A stretch of 63,228 nucleotides of DNA, filler included, from Octopus bimaculoides (GCF_001194135.2; 3 parts of 3 records of this genome joined end to end with filler, not necessarily neighbours in it), one strand, 5' to 3'; positions 24,405 through 36,777 are shown, numbered from the whole stretch's first letter. Translations and numbers: made by a program. Notes: generated by a model from the letters alone, not told the origin.

Positions 24405-25128
24405 TCGATCGACTTTTCCAACCGGTCAATCGCTGGTTCAGAGCTACGGTTGTACTATACCTCTGTTAATAAATGTTTCTCTGTGCCTTTGGCGTATAGG
24501 GAGGAATTTCAACCATGTTTCGTGGTCTGCTACCAGAACAGCTCCTTTATAGGATCCAGTTAGCTGAAGACATCATCAGGAGGAACCACGTCCGGTTTCG
24601 GTCCCTACTCCTCTACCGTTTTGACGTGGCGGGGCCCCTCCTTTCGGAGGTGTCTTCAGCTCTGGTGTTGGGTGCATGTCTTCTTTCTTCTATTCCCTGG
24701 CCTCTTCGATGCAGCATCAACGAGTGTCAGCGTCCGACTGATCGTCGTGTCAAGTTCCCCTTTTTATATCTGCTGCTAGGCTCCAGCAGGCAGCCCCAGC
24801 TAGTTGTCACGTGACACTGTCTAAATTTCCCGCTGCTAGGGTCCAGTAGGCAGCACCAGCAAGTTGTCACATGACACTGTCTAAACCTCCCGCTGCTAGG
24901 CCCCAGCAAGTAGTTCCAGCAAGTTGTCACATGACACTGTCATTGTAATTATGGCGTCATTCAAGATCGTAAGACAAAACATAAAGCGTTCTACCTAAGT
25001 TCTCTACCCAGTGTAATCACAAGAATTCAAATATCATCAATAGCCAGCTTAGGAATACAATGTAAAGCAGCGTTATCATATTTAGTGCAGGAAGCATCTA
25101 TTGAGATCCGCGATTTGGTTAGAGCGAA
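24405..25128 (+). CDS. Candidate 231-nt exon split by the 488-bp insertion (24405-24454 + 24948-25128)
   Basis: After removing insert and one TSD: CATAG acceptor, AA|GTAGGT donor, 76 stop-free codons RSTFPTGQSLVQSYGCNYGVIQ...EIRDLVRA, phase 2->2. Confidence 0.35.
24455..24942 (-). mobile_element. 488-bp LTR-like insertion
   Basis: TTGTA duplicated at 24450-54 and 24943-47; - strand starts TG, has 3x60-bp repeats then TATAAAAAGGGG (24757-24768); 3' end lacks canonical CA. Confidence 0.6.
24772..24941. repeat. Tandem repeat, 60-bp period, ~2.8 copies, each with an E-box palindrome
   Basis: GCTGCTAGG...CCAGC.AGTTGTCAC(G/A)TGACACTGTC at exact 60-bp spacing. Confidence 0.95.
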
Positions 25129-25309
25129 GTAGGTGTTGATACATGAGTTGCAAACAGAACGTGATAACTTGTGTTTATAACATGTAGGTCACTTTCACAT
25201 GTTTCTTTGAGGTATACATATAAATGAGTTTATTCAAATAAATACTTATAAAGATGTGAATGTTGTACAATCCGGTATTTTAATCTAATGTTTTTTGGGT
25301 TGTTTTCAG

Positions 25310-25357
25310 TTCCGTATATTTATTGAACTCTAGCCTGGTTAGCTCTCACAAAAATCA
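25310..25357 (+). CDS. Candidate 48-nt exon
   Basis: CTAAT branch-like site, TTGTTTTCAG acceptor, GTAAAT donor; only phase 2 is open, matching the preceding candidate. Confidence 0.3.
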
Positions 25358-27044
25358 GTAAATGTTGTGTTTATAGAAATTTATATCTGGACAAAGTGTT
25401 TTCGGCCTGGTTTGAAACGTCAGTAGTCACTGACTAGACTACATTTGGTCAAAACAACGTGTCTGGCGATCCTTCAGCGTCCTGATCTAGCCCCTGTGGA
25501 TGTAACACACACGTTCTTAGGGAATTTTTTCTGGAGCAAACTATTATGGTGTTTCTGTCCATGCTTATATACACATTATAAACGTTATAAACAGTAATAT
25601 GATTTTCATTTCCGTTCATATTTCTAACTACGAAAGCAAAAGGAACAGTAATACTTACAAAAGCAGAATCACGTGTAAATTTCAGTATATCATACATTTG
25701 CTCACGATATATTTGAATTCACTAATGTTATTCTCTCGATATAATAATAAATATCACGATATTATCATTAGCTTATTAATACTCTCATCTACAAATAAAT
25801 AAGTAAATGTCTAGAACCGCTCTCTGCATAATTTATTTCGAATCACTTGCGTACGTAACTCAAAATGTTTATAAATTCATACGTTTTAAACTAAAAGTAA
25901 ACGAACTACTATAACAAATTCATTTGAACAAATTTTAACCTCATGGTAGAACGAGAGTTGGGAGAGACAAATACATATCACGAATATATAACTTTCACTT
26001 AATTTTGGTCTCATATCTAAAGAGATTTATTACTCTTTTGTTTATTGTATTGTTCTAGAGAGTAAAGATTTGAAGGTGAACGTATTTTCTGGGATGTTGG
26101 TGTATATCGAATTTGCAAAAGGAGAAAACATATATAAACAAATAAAATTTATGACATATTTCATATTTGTTTAAACATTTACAGAGTCAAATGCTTATGT
26201 TCCTTAACATTTCCCTTACTATTAAAACCTGCACGAAAAGAAGATTTCATGAAAACGTGTTTCGTCCAGCAGTTATTCTCAGGTGCAATGAATACATATG
26301 TGAAAGAAAACGTAGCATCTCACGGTGTAAAATCCTAGCCTTCTTCACCTGATAGTTTTAAGAGGAAATGCAGGTTAGTGATTAGTAGAAAATTTCAAAT
26401 TACGAACATCACAAGTTTATGTTTTGTCTGAGTAACACTAAAGATTTATTTTTGTGCAAATTTGCACTAAACTGTTTCAGAATGTTGAAATAAACATACA
26501 CACAAAAGTAAACACTTGGGATGCTTAAATAAATAAATAGTGAGTCTTATAAGCATGCGGTTACAAAGCGCTGAATCTTTGTAGATATACTACATAAACA
26601 TGCAGTGGTATGTGTTAAAGTCGTTAGCACTTATTGTTTTCACGTTGCAGCAGCTAAACAAACTTTTATACATGTCGCAAATGAAAACTTGAACTGACAG
26701 ATGTAAAGTTAAATATTGGTAATTATTTGGGCTGAAGGGAAAAACTCACCGCAGTGGGATCCGAGGTCAGAAAGCTACAAGGCATAATTAAATATACAAG
26801 TAACGATTTCGTAAAATGCTTTACCAATCATAACAATTAATCAGCCATAAACTAGATAGACATAAAGCATTTAGTTGCAGATTTTATTGGCATGGTAATT
26901 GCTAGATTTCAAAGACTTTCGCGCTCAATTTCACTGGATATATTTCATATATGAAGTTACTAAACATTATTTAATTTTCTGTTACGATTTTAAACAAAAT
27001 ATTAGAACTGAAAAACTGGATTCCACTTGTTTGCTTTGTGACAG

Positions 27045-27077
27045 TTCAATTTATCTGAAGTGGGGAATTTCACTGGT
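27045..27077 (+). CDS. Candidate 33-nt exon
   Basis: TTTGCTTTGTGACAG / GTATGT; FNLSEVGNFTG, phase 0->0. Confidence 0.2.
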
Positions 27078-28561
27078 GTATGTAGTTAGATGTTAATGAG
27101 TTTAAGAAGATATTCTGATTTAATGATTTCCATTGCGCGTTGAGAATTGCTGGTATTGAAACTGAAGTGAACAGCTCACTTCTAATAAATTGCCAATGCA
27201 TTGAGAAATATTCTTACCAGTCTATGAATTCTGTGCCTATATTTGAGTCTACATACACTACGGATAAGTATTTTAGCTATCAAAATAACATTTCACTGGT
27301 TGCTATTTAAAAATTAGTATTGATTATTTATGTAACATATACTTCTTTTACTATCACCGCATACACATAAATACACACTTGCATACATATATGTGTGTGT
27401 ATAGATGTGTTTGTGTGTGCGTATGTTTATGTTTGCATGTATGTACCTGTATGTGTAAGTGCACGCGCGTGTGTATGCCTGTGTGTGTCTAAGTATGAGC
27501 TGAGTTCATTGATATGTAGAGGGCTTTGATATTATTATTGTTAACGAATTCCATTACAATTCACATACACATGCATGTGTGCGTATGTCCATGTGCGAGT
27601 GTGTGTGTGTGTGTGTGTGTGTATGCGTGCGCGCGCACGTTTAGTACTGCTTTCAACCTAAATAATATCCCGGAGGTTTCATTCCAAGAACGGTTTAATC
27701 ATACAACAGTCAACATCGTAACTAAAAATACATGCCAGAAGCAACATGACTGACTTCCGTCGCTTTTGAAACAGCAGTTGGAAAGAGGATTCCGATTAAG
27801 GAGATATTTTTAGTGAGATGTCTGTTTCATTGATCATCTACGTCATTTGGAACACGTTCACCTCTATTAGCAAATAAAACAAACAATAAATAAATGCATT
27901 CCATTTCTTTCCCTATCTTTCAGAAAATCTGTCGGAGTTACTTATTGTTGCATTGTTTTCACTTTTATTTTTACACATTGAAAGGCACATAATATGATGT
28001 TGCTTTTTATATAATGGAGTATAACTTTGCTAATTCCAATATAATGGAAATAACATCGCTAAATTAGTGCTATATATTGTTTTGGTTAGTCCTTTCAATA
28101 TATCTCAAATGAATGTAATAATGGTGGAGGGTGTTGTATGGTTCCTGGAATCGTAGACGTACCACTGAGAATGTTTTTCTTCTTTCAGTTCATTCAAGTA
28201 AAATGAGCCGGATATTTCAATGGTATAGATTTCATTAGTTTAGAATGCTTATACTACTTTCGGAGAGAATAATTGATATTTCTGTTTTTATTTCACCCGA
28301 TGAAATCTTTCATTGAACTGGTACAAGATCAAAGGTGCTGCAGCCATGACGTCCCGTTTATTTAAGTTATAAGCCAACGAGTAGTTTCCTAGTCTATGAT
28401 TAAAGGTAATATGTGAGGGAGATTGGTTACTAGTAGGTTCGATTCGAACATTTGTCAGAGTGACAGTTAATTACTGTTAGGTGAGTAGGAAATGTGAAAT
28501 TGTTGTGCAATTTTTTAGTGATATCACATGCATAATAATCATTTCTACTATAGGTACACCG

Positions 28562-28950
28562 CTTGAAATTTTGAGGGCGGGGGCTAGTCAATTACATCGG
28601 CGCAAGTGTTCGAGTCATACTTAATTTATGGAGCCCGAAAAAATGAAAGGCAAATTCATCATCGACGGAATTTGATCCCAGAGCGTAAAGACGGACGAAA
28701 TGCAGCTAACAATTTTGCACTGTATGCTAATCATTCTGCTAGCTCGTCGCCTTATCATCAGATGCATAATAATAGGAAGAATTAAATAATTACAACTATA
28801 TGGCCCGAAGGCGGCAAGCTTACAAAATCGGTACCACCTGAGATGAAAATGATTAAAAGCATCGCTTCTGACCCTTTATGTTAGAAGTTCAAATACCACG
28901 AAGATCAACTTCGCCGTTCATCCTTTCAGGGCCGATCGAATAAATGCTAG
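28562..28950. mobile_element. Head-to-head pair of old SINE S2 copies (28562-28752 -, 28806-28950 +)
   Basis: Degenerate GAAGGCG..GAGCT head and TTCATCCTTTC.GGG core on both strands. Confidence 0.6.
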
Positions 28951-29756
28951 TCAAATTACTAGAATTGAAATAACCTACTTCGCCTTCCTCTCAAATTATT
29001 GCTGCGTCAAAAAGAAAGAATTATTAAACAGCGCAAATTAACTAACACTGAACGTATTTCTAGTGAGCCTTCAACTTGAACTTACCACAATGACATCATA
29101 TTGGACAAACACATTTTAATTCTTTGTACCTCATACTATTTACTCTGCAATATTACTTAACTCATTCAGTATTCATAAAAACGAATTGATTAGTATTAGA
29201 AAAACTGTACTGTATTGCATCTCGACATTACTTTGAAATATGTTCAATCATCTGCGATGAAACCGTGTGTAAAATTATTTGCAATAGAGTGATAACACAA
29301 TAATGACTCATTTTAGCAATGCTATGGTTGAATAGCTCTGTAGAGGAATATGGACAGAAACATGTATAGAAATGGTATGTTGGTGGTATCAAAAGAATAC
29401 ATTGCATATGGAAACGATTGTACAAATTGGAAAACATGTATAAGCTTGAAAAATTCAAAACAACAACACATGTACTAATACTGCATATTTACATAGTTCC
29501 TCTCATTCTCATCAGGAAACGCACGTGTATTACAGTAAATGCAATAAGAGGTGCATTGCAGTTTTTCACACACAAATACGTATGCGCGCGCACAAGCACA
29601 CACCGACTGACAAAATCAGGTGTTGTTTATTATATATAATATTCATTATGCATGCTTACACATCGTATCTATTTAGTCATCTAATTATAATACACACACA
29701 TCACACATACACATACGGGCATAGACACACAAGCAACAGCCGCACACACAGACACA

Positions 29757-29791
<35 letters not shown>

Positions 29792-29830
29792 GCGCGCACA
29801 CACACATATATATATATATATATCGGGAAG

Positions 29831-30277
29831 TATATTTGCCCTATATGTGGCTGACCTATAAGGGACAATTCTACTGTAGTTTAAAGCCCCAGAAAGACAT
29901 CTCCTCCAGCTGGCAATTGATACGTTGTCTGTGCCCTATCAGTATTTGCAAAGGGAAATCATCGCTCCTTTTTCCAGCCTGACCTGATACACACGACCCG
30001 AGTTTCTGGGTAATAACCTGTCATCAGCGTGTGACAAACACTGGCTGGGCGATGATAACTGATTTCTCAATGCAAATACATGTACTTTTTTCTTTTGGCG
30101 AAAAGTCACTAATCTCGAAAAAAGAGAAACAAGCAATAGTATAACTCCGAGCGAGATATAAACAGTAGCAGTACGACATCGTGAATTATATTTGCCACCT
30201 AAATGTAGCTGAGCCATAAGGGACGATGTTGCTGTAGTTTATAACCCCGGGAAGACATCTCCTCCAACTGACTAATT
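29831..30277. repeat. Pair of ~88-bp direct repeats ~357 bp apart
   Basis: TATATTTGCC...ATAAGGGAC...CTGTAGTTT...AAGACATCTCCTCCA at 29831 and 30187. Confidence 0.85.
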
Positions 30278-30888
30278 AATGGAAATTACCACGTGTTCTT
30301 ACAGGAAACCGAGAAGTACACTATGAACGTTTATTTTATTCATAATCTTTTTTCTCTACGTATTTCATTTAAGTACATATTTTTGACAAGGTTTATAAAC
30401 AACCGAAACATGAAAGACAAAAACATTTTTTAATGTATTTATATAAAGAAATTTAAATGTACCTAATTTTTTAAAAGTAGCATTTTGTTCTTCTTTTTCA
30501 TATATATGTGTGTGTGTGGTGTGTGTGTGTGTGTGTATACATGCATATATATATGCATGTATATATATATAATTTAATGTAGACTGTATTAAAATAAGAA
30601 CTACTAATATTTTCTTGCCACTGAGACACGATGTTAGAAAGATTTTTCTAACCAGTCTTGTATCTCCAAGTCTCATGGAAAATAATTTATGCAATTTCAT
30701 AAACAAGTCGATGGTATATGCGAAGCAACGAAAAAAAAGAAAAAGAAGTGGGGTGATGTGAAAAGTAGAATCAGAAGACAAAGTGGGTATAAAACGGGGA
30801 GAATAAAGTAAATTAAACAAGGAAATTAGAGTTAAACTCTTTGGACGGGGAAAATCGCAATTCAACAAGCTGGTTTAGAATAATTCAG

Positions 30889-30974
30889 TGGAAAGAGTTC
30901 AAATTCAGAGGGACAGCGGCCGTCAAATATAAAAGATCATGGGCTCAAAAGATGCACATTGATTGGAACAAAAG
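30889..30974 (+). CDS. Candidate exon P1
   Basis: AAAG|GTACGT donor; two open frames; phase 2->1 joins P2 across a 127-nt intron-like segment. Confidence 0.25.
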
Positions 30975-31101
30975 GTACGTTATAAATATCTGTCTGACCA
31001 GGTGTTTCAATAGCAAGATACAGGTATTAGTTGAATTTTAGTCTGTTAAATGATATTTTTCCATTAAAGGCCTATAAAAGTTCTGTTTTTTTCTCTCACA
31101 G

Positions 31102-31141
31102 GAGTTAGTAACTTCATTGTTGATACTGCTGTAACGGGACA
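31102..31141 (+). CDS. Candidate exon P2
   Basis: Strong TTTTTTTCTCTCACAG acceptor, GTAACC donor; VSNFIVDTAVTG in phase 1. Confidence 0.25.
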
Positions 31142-31217
31142 GTAACCAATATATATATNNNNNNNNNNNNNNNNNNNNNNNNNNNNNNNNNNNNNNNNNN
31201 NNNNNNNNNNNNNNNNN

Positions 31218-31264
<47 letters not shown>

Positions 31265-31388
31265 AAGAAAGATAGATAGAAAGAGAGAGAGAGGAAGATA
31301 GAGAGACAGAAAGAGAGAGTGATAGAATAATAGATAGATACATATACATATATACATACACACACATATATTTATATATATATGTATA

Positions 31389-32252
31389 CCCAAAATAACC
31401 AGACGCGCTTTCTGTGGGACAAACCCGCAGTAGTTCAGACTTCCGCCGTTAGAAACCACCTAATGTGACCTTCATACATCACTCTGCCGACCTCCGTCGT
31501 CCATTGGAGCCGTACTGACACGTGATACTTTTTGTTTTGTTTTGTTTTGCGGTTCTTCTTCCTTGTTCGTCGATTTTTGCGATGGCTGAAACGAAGGAAC
31601 AGCGTGTTTCCGTGAAATTCTGTTTTCTGCGGGGAAAACGGCGGCCGAAACAGTTGTTATGCTTCAAGCAGCTTATAAGGACGTTTCCATGCGCAAAACA
31701 TGAATTTACAACTGGTTTCCCCGCTTTAAGAACGGTCAGTTGTAGCTTGAAGACCAGCCTCGTCCGAAAGAATAAAAACATCATGAAAATTATTGAAACG
31801 ATCTTGGACGACCGTCACCAAATAATTGACGAACATCTTGATATGACTGGTGTGTCCTGAAGCACCTACGAACGAATATTGAGTGAGGGATTTTGCAAAT
31901 GAAAAGAGCTGCAGTAAAATCTGCACCTCGCTTACTCACGGAAGATCAAAAGCAGTCACAACTGAATTTGTGTCGTGTACTGAAAGTACAGATGAAAGTT
32001 GATCGCGATGTTTTTTCGAAGGTCATCACTGGTGACGAAATCTGGCGCTATGGAATTCGCAGATGTAGAAGAGGTGAAGAAAAAAAACGACGAGGGTATT
32101 GAAATGCATCACTTGGCAAGAGTCCTAGCACTGGAAAACACCCCTGAAACGATGCATTGTTTAAAATGGAGAACATTTAGAAAGTGATAGAAGTGTAAAC
32201 ATGTAAAACTAAATGAATAAAATACTATTGTAAAATTCCGCGTTCTTTCGTG
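31389..32252 (+). mobile_element. Internally deleted mariner-family transposon
   Basis: MAETKEQRVSVKFCFLRGKTAAET..ML..AY (Mos1-type HTH) from 31582; PRLLTEDQK and VITGDEIWRY; degenerate TIRs next to TA; C-terminal catalytic part missing. Confidence 0.85.
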
Positions 32253-32626
32253 TATATATATATATATATATNNNNNNNNNNNNNNNNNNNNNNNNNNNNN
32301 NNNNNNNNNNNNNNNNNNNNNNNNNNNNNNNNNNNNNNNNNNNNNNNNNNNNNNNNNNNNNNNNNNNNNNNNNNNNNNNNNNNNNNNNNNNNNNNNNNNN
32401 NNNNNNNNNNNNNNNNNNNNNNNNNNNNNNNNNNNNNNNNNNNNNNNNNNNNNNNNNNNNNNNNNNNNNNNNNNNNNNNNNNNNNNNNNNNNNNNNNNNN
32501 NNNNNNNNNNNNNNNNNNNNNNNNNNNNNNNNNNNNNNNNNNNNNNNNNNNNNNNNNNNNNNNNNNNNNNNNNNNNNNNNNNNNNNNNNNNNNNNNNNNN
32601 NNNNNNNNNNNNNNNNNNNNATATAT

Positions 32627-32657
<31 letters not shown>

Positions 32658-32796
32658 CCAAAAACCCGGTATTTTGCAATATTATTTTATTCACTCAGTG
32701 TTACATATTTACATTTTTATCGTTTTCAAAGTAAGCATAGGATACTCGTAGGATACAGGAAATAACAAAAATAAACAACAGTTTATCTGGAATTAA

Positions 32797-34260
32797 ATTT
32801 AAATGAAGCAGAAAATGGAGAAATCTTGATCAACAACAATTGACTACTATAGATTATTATTTTTTAATACAACACTTTATCCCATCTAACAGCTGTTTCT
32901 GGTTCCAATGTCCCACAGTGAAAATTCTGAGAATACTATTCGTCATATTTTATAATACATCCGATCTGGAACATGGAGCTTCATCAGAGTAAACAAAAAT
33001 ACATAAAATAGATGAAATAAAAAATGAAGAAGAACATCAAGAGGAGGAATGAAGGCTTAATATATTTGAATCATATCATTTTGCAGTGTAACCTTTCAGG
33101 CCGTTGAGTAAATGACTAAACTTGAAAATTAGTTGGTGGGTTAATCTTACTTTAGAGGTAACAGGTTGTATAAGTAATAAAAAATTAAAATAAGTACTTT
33201 AGTACAACGGGATACGCGAATACGTCTAGAAAAAAGAGGGAGTGATAGTGCTATAATATTTAGAAGTAATCATAATAGTTCTTAAGATTACGTACTAATT
33301 AATATTTATCCAAATAATATGCCCATAAATTAATCACATTTATTTATTTACTTATGAATTGTAAAGACCAACCACCTATTGTCCGTAATGGGATTGGCCA
33401 CAGTCCAGCCATCAATATAATTGGCCATTTAAATTCAAAAACAAATGGCAAGCTGTTAAGACAGTTAAATGGGTAGATGTAAATAAAGAAGTAAATAAAA
33501 AATAAAAGCATGGTGCCATATGTTATAAGTAGCCCAAGGCCGCTTATGGCACAATACATAAAACAACCAAACATGTAAAAACGTACCATGCGTAGGAAGG
33601 AACTACGGTTAATGGGAGACTACAGTTAAGGCGAGGTGATGGCTACGTCATTGACCTTTAATTATATATCTTCTGAAATAACCACCACAGTACTCAAGCG
33701 GTGGTCTTACTAGATAAACAGTACTTGTCTAAACATTCCTAGACAATTACTGTTTGTCTAGTAAGATCACCGTTTGCGTACTGTGATGGCTATTTCAGAA
33801 GATAGACAGTATTATAATTATATAATTGAAGATCAATGACCTATTGGCGTATCCCGTTATACTAAAGTACTTATTTTACTTTTTATTACATATACACCCC
33901 GTTACCCATAAAGAAAGATTAATACACCAACTAATTTTCTAGTTTAGGTATTTACTCAACGGCCTGAAGCGTTACACTGTAAAATGGTATGATTCAAATA
34001 TTTTCAGTCCTCATTCCTCCTCTCGAAGGTTTTTTTTCTTTTCTTTTCTTCAATGTATTTTTCTTCACTCTCATGAAGCTCCATGTTCCAGATCGGGTGT
34101 GTTATAAAATATTACAAATATTATTCTCAGAATTTTCTATGGCAACGCTGTGGGACATTGAAAGCAGAAACGGCTGTTAGAATAAAGATTTGTATTAAAA
34201 ATAATAATCGATAGTAGTCAATTGTTGTTGATCAAGATTTCTCCATTTACTTCTTAATTT

Positions 34261-34261
<1 letters not shown>
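32797..34261. repeat. Long imperfect palindrome (arms ~520 bp, 8-nt loop at 33732-33739)
   Basis: 32813-33226 pairs with ~33836-34248; 33644-33731 pairs with 33740-33841. Confidence 0.9.
33227..33643. mobile_element. 417-bp unclassified insertion in the left palindrome arm
   Basis: TACGTC duplicated at 33221-26 and 33644-49; segment has no partner in the right arm. Confidence 0.55.
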
Positions 34262-34293
<32 letters not shown>

Positions 34294-35208
34294 CATACAT
34301 ACATACATATATATNNNNNNNNNNNNNNNNNNNNNNNNNNNNNNNNNNNNNNNNNNNNNNNNNNNNNNNNNNNNNNNNNNNNNNNNNNNNNNNNNNNNNN
34401 NNTATACAGTGTATGTGTGTGTGTGAAAAAAAAGGGGTTTCAGGAAACCAGCCGGTTACCTGAGATCATTATTCCTCCTGATCTGGCCAACAGACGGAAT
34501 AGAAAGGAAAGTTATTTTAACCGATAAAATACAAACGCTCCGTCCATGCAATGAAGCCGCGGTAGCTTCGAAGAAGCATAGGTGATTACTAAAAGAAAAC
34601 AAAACCATTACGAAAATATATTCAAAAATGTTCAACATTTAATAACACCATCAGAAAATCGGCTTTCAGACGGTTTTCTGCTAGCTGCTATATGTATGGT
34701 AATTACACACTTGATTCCTAATTTGTACAATGTTTCTGATTTGTTATGCTACCCTAACAAGTACGAAGTCTAATGACTGAGATAAAGGAATAATGACTAA
34801 GATAAAAAATAATTCCAACTATTCTCCCTTATAACAGTTTCTAATGAATACGCCACATTCACGCAACATAAACTATTAAGAAAGCATACGAGTTACATCT
34901 CAGAAAGTTATGCATTTGCAGCAAAATAAATAACTAAATAACTGCCCCACAAATTCTCAATTGTTTACCATACACAGAACCCCCCTCCCCACGAATCCTT
35001 AACTTAAAAAACGACGAAGCAAGGCCAAATGATACAAAAAATGTGATAATACGACTCTCAATACAGGAATAACAAATTCGGCTGAAAAGTGATCTTTTCA
35101 AGAATTATTCACGTAATTTCTACGTACATAAATACGTATACATATACATACTCATATACATATATAATCGTATATCTTATTTATATCTTCTTTTTCTCTC
35201 TCTCTTTA

Positions 35209-35251
<43 letters not shown>

Positions 35252-35369
35252 NNNNNNNNNNATATGTATGTATGTATGTATATATTCATACACACCTATA
35301 AATAATATGTGTGTGTTAATTATTCCTGTATATATCTACAAAACGTTATATAGCATATATAGCTAGTTG

Positions 35370-35410
<41 letters not shown>

Positions 35411-36357
35411 AATGATACATAAAAAAAGAAAGGGAAAGGAAGTTAGAAAAAATGATTTGCTTCAATATGAAGAATAATACTTCGATCGGATAATACATTT
35501 ACATTTCTTCGTTTTTATATCTAAATTATTTTTTTTCCATTCACTTTCGAGAAATGATCTTTTAGGTATATTCAGAAAATCAATAGAGACAACAGATGGT
35601 AAACTGACTTATGGCGGAATGTACATACATACATGCATGCATACATACATACATACATACATACATACATACATACATGCATGCAAACATATATACAAAC
35701 ACACAAGCACTTCCGCGCGTACACAGATATACTTACATATACTCACACACGAGCATTTGCGCCAGTGCATATAAATTGTGTGCGTGCATGTATTTACGCG
35801 TTTGTATGTACGTCTATATATGGACATGGTGGATCTCCGTCGTTCGATGAATACTATTCAGTTATGCGATCATCTTAAAATTATGTCCTTCATTTAATAT
35901 GTAATTCGTTGAGAAGACACATGAGCCTTCAGTTCAACTGTCAATCAGTATAGTATAATGGAGTGTAAACCATTCGAATTAAAGGTACAACACTTCCAGC
36001 GTTCTTCTCTCTAGTTTTAGTCACATGGTGTTTGGTCAACCTATACATTTATCAGGTAATGAGTACGATGTAAGGTGTAGACACCTTCAATTTTGAGGTC
36101 TTTCATGGAGTCTTCACGAAATGACTTGAGCAAACAAGTACATCGAAGTAAGAATATCCTTGTTTGAGGGAAATTACATTTTTTACGTCTCTGAAATTAA
36201 TATACATCTCTCCAGAAAACCTCTCGAAATCTCTGGAATACACCTCGTATCTGGTCTAATTAATGCCATTATTAATGCAACTAAAAAGACCTCCATTGAC
36301 TATTGAAATTCATCTTCTTGTATGCAATATTAGTTCTTTACATATGAATTTATATTC

Positions 36358-36620
36358 TACTAGCAGCTAAGCCCGGTTTCACCCGGTCTGTTTGGATGAT
36401 GTGGTTGTGATTGTTTTCGGTAAGGCATAATCTATAACAGCGTTTCTCAACCTTATCATTTCGGGTCCCCTGTTTGGATTGGAGCCTCCAGTTGTATGAA
36501 AATTTCCTTACTCCCGCCGCCTTGTCAGAAAACAGCTTCAGGAGTTGTGAAGAACGAATTTGTACGTAGTCTGTTTCTAAGAGCTATTCTATTGGACCTC
36601 TGTCTAATCATTAAAATATT
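36358..36620 (+). mobile_element. Helitron/Helentron-like non-autonomous end with possible nested hAT MITE end
   Basis: TACTAGCAGCTAAGCCCGGTTTCACCCGG start; TCTATAA|CAGCGTTTCTCAACC Charlie-like terminus. Confidence 0.35.
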
Positions 36621-36738
36621 GATTTAATTACGAAAATAGAAAGAAATTATACATTAATCCCTGTTTTTGTAAGCAGTTGTATCCGTAAAAATTTTATTTG
36701 CAGAGAGCAGAAATTGAAAGAAGATATATGAAATGGAC

Positions 36739-36777
<39 letters not shown>

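Noticed and set aside
24772-24941. Regularly spaced palindromic repeats as a CRISPR array
   Set aside because: Whole 60-bp units are homologous with no unique spacers; eukaryotic context, no cas genes
25475-25505. RPDLAPVD resembling mariner SPDLAPSD
   Set aside because: Isolated 8-residue match with no flanking transposase similarity
32213-32695. Inverted similarity across the gap (32213-32252 vs 32657-32695)
   Set aside because: Best explained as the mariner right TIR plus a separate decayed TIR of the same family, not a new element
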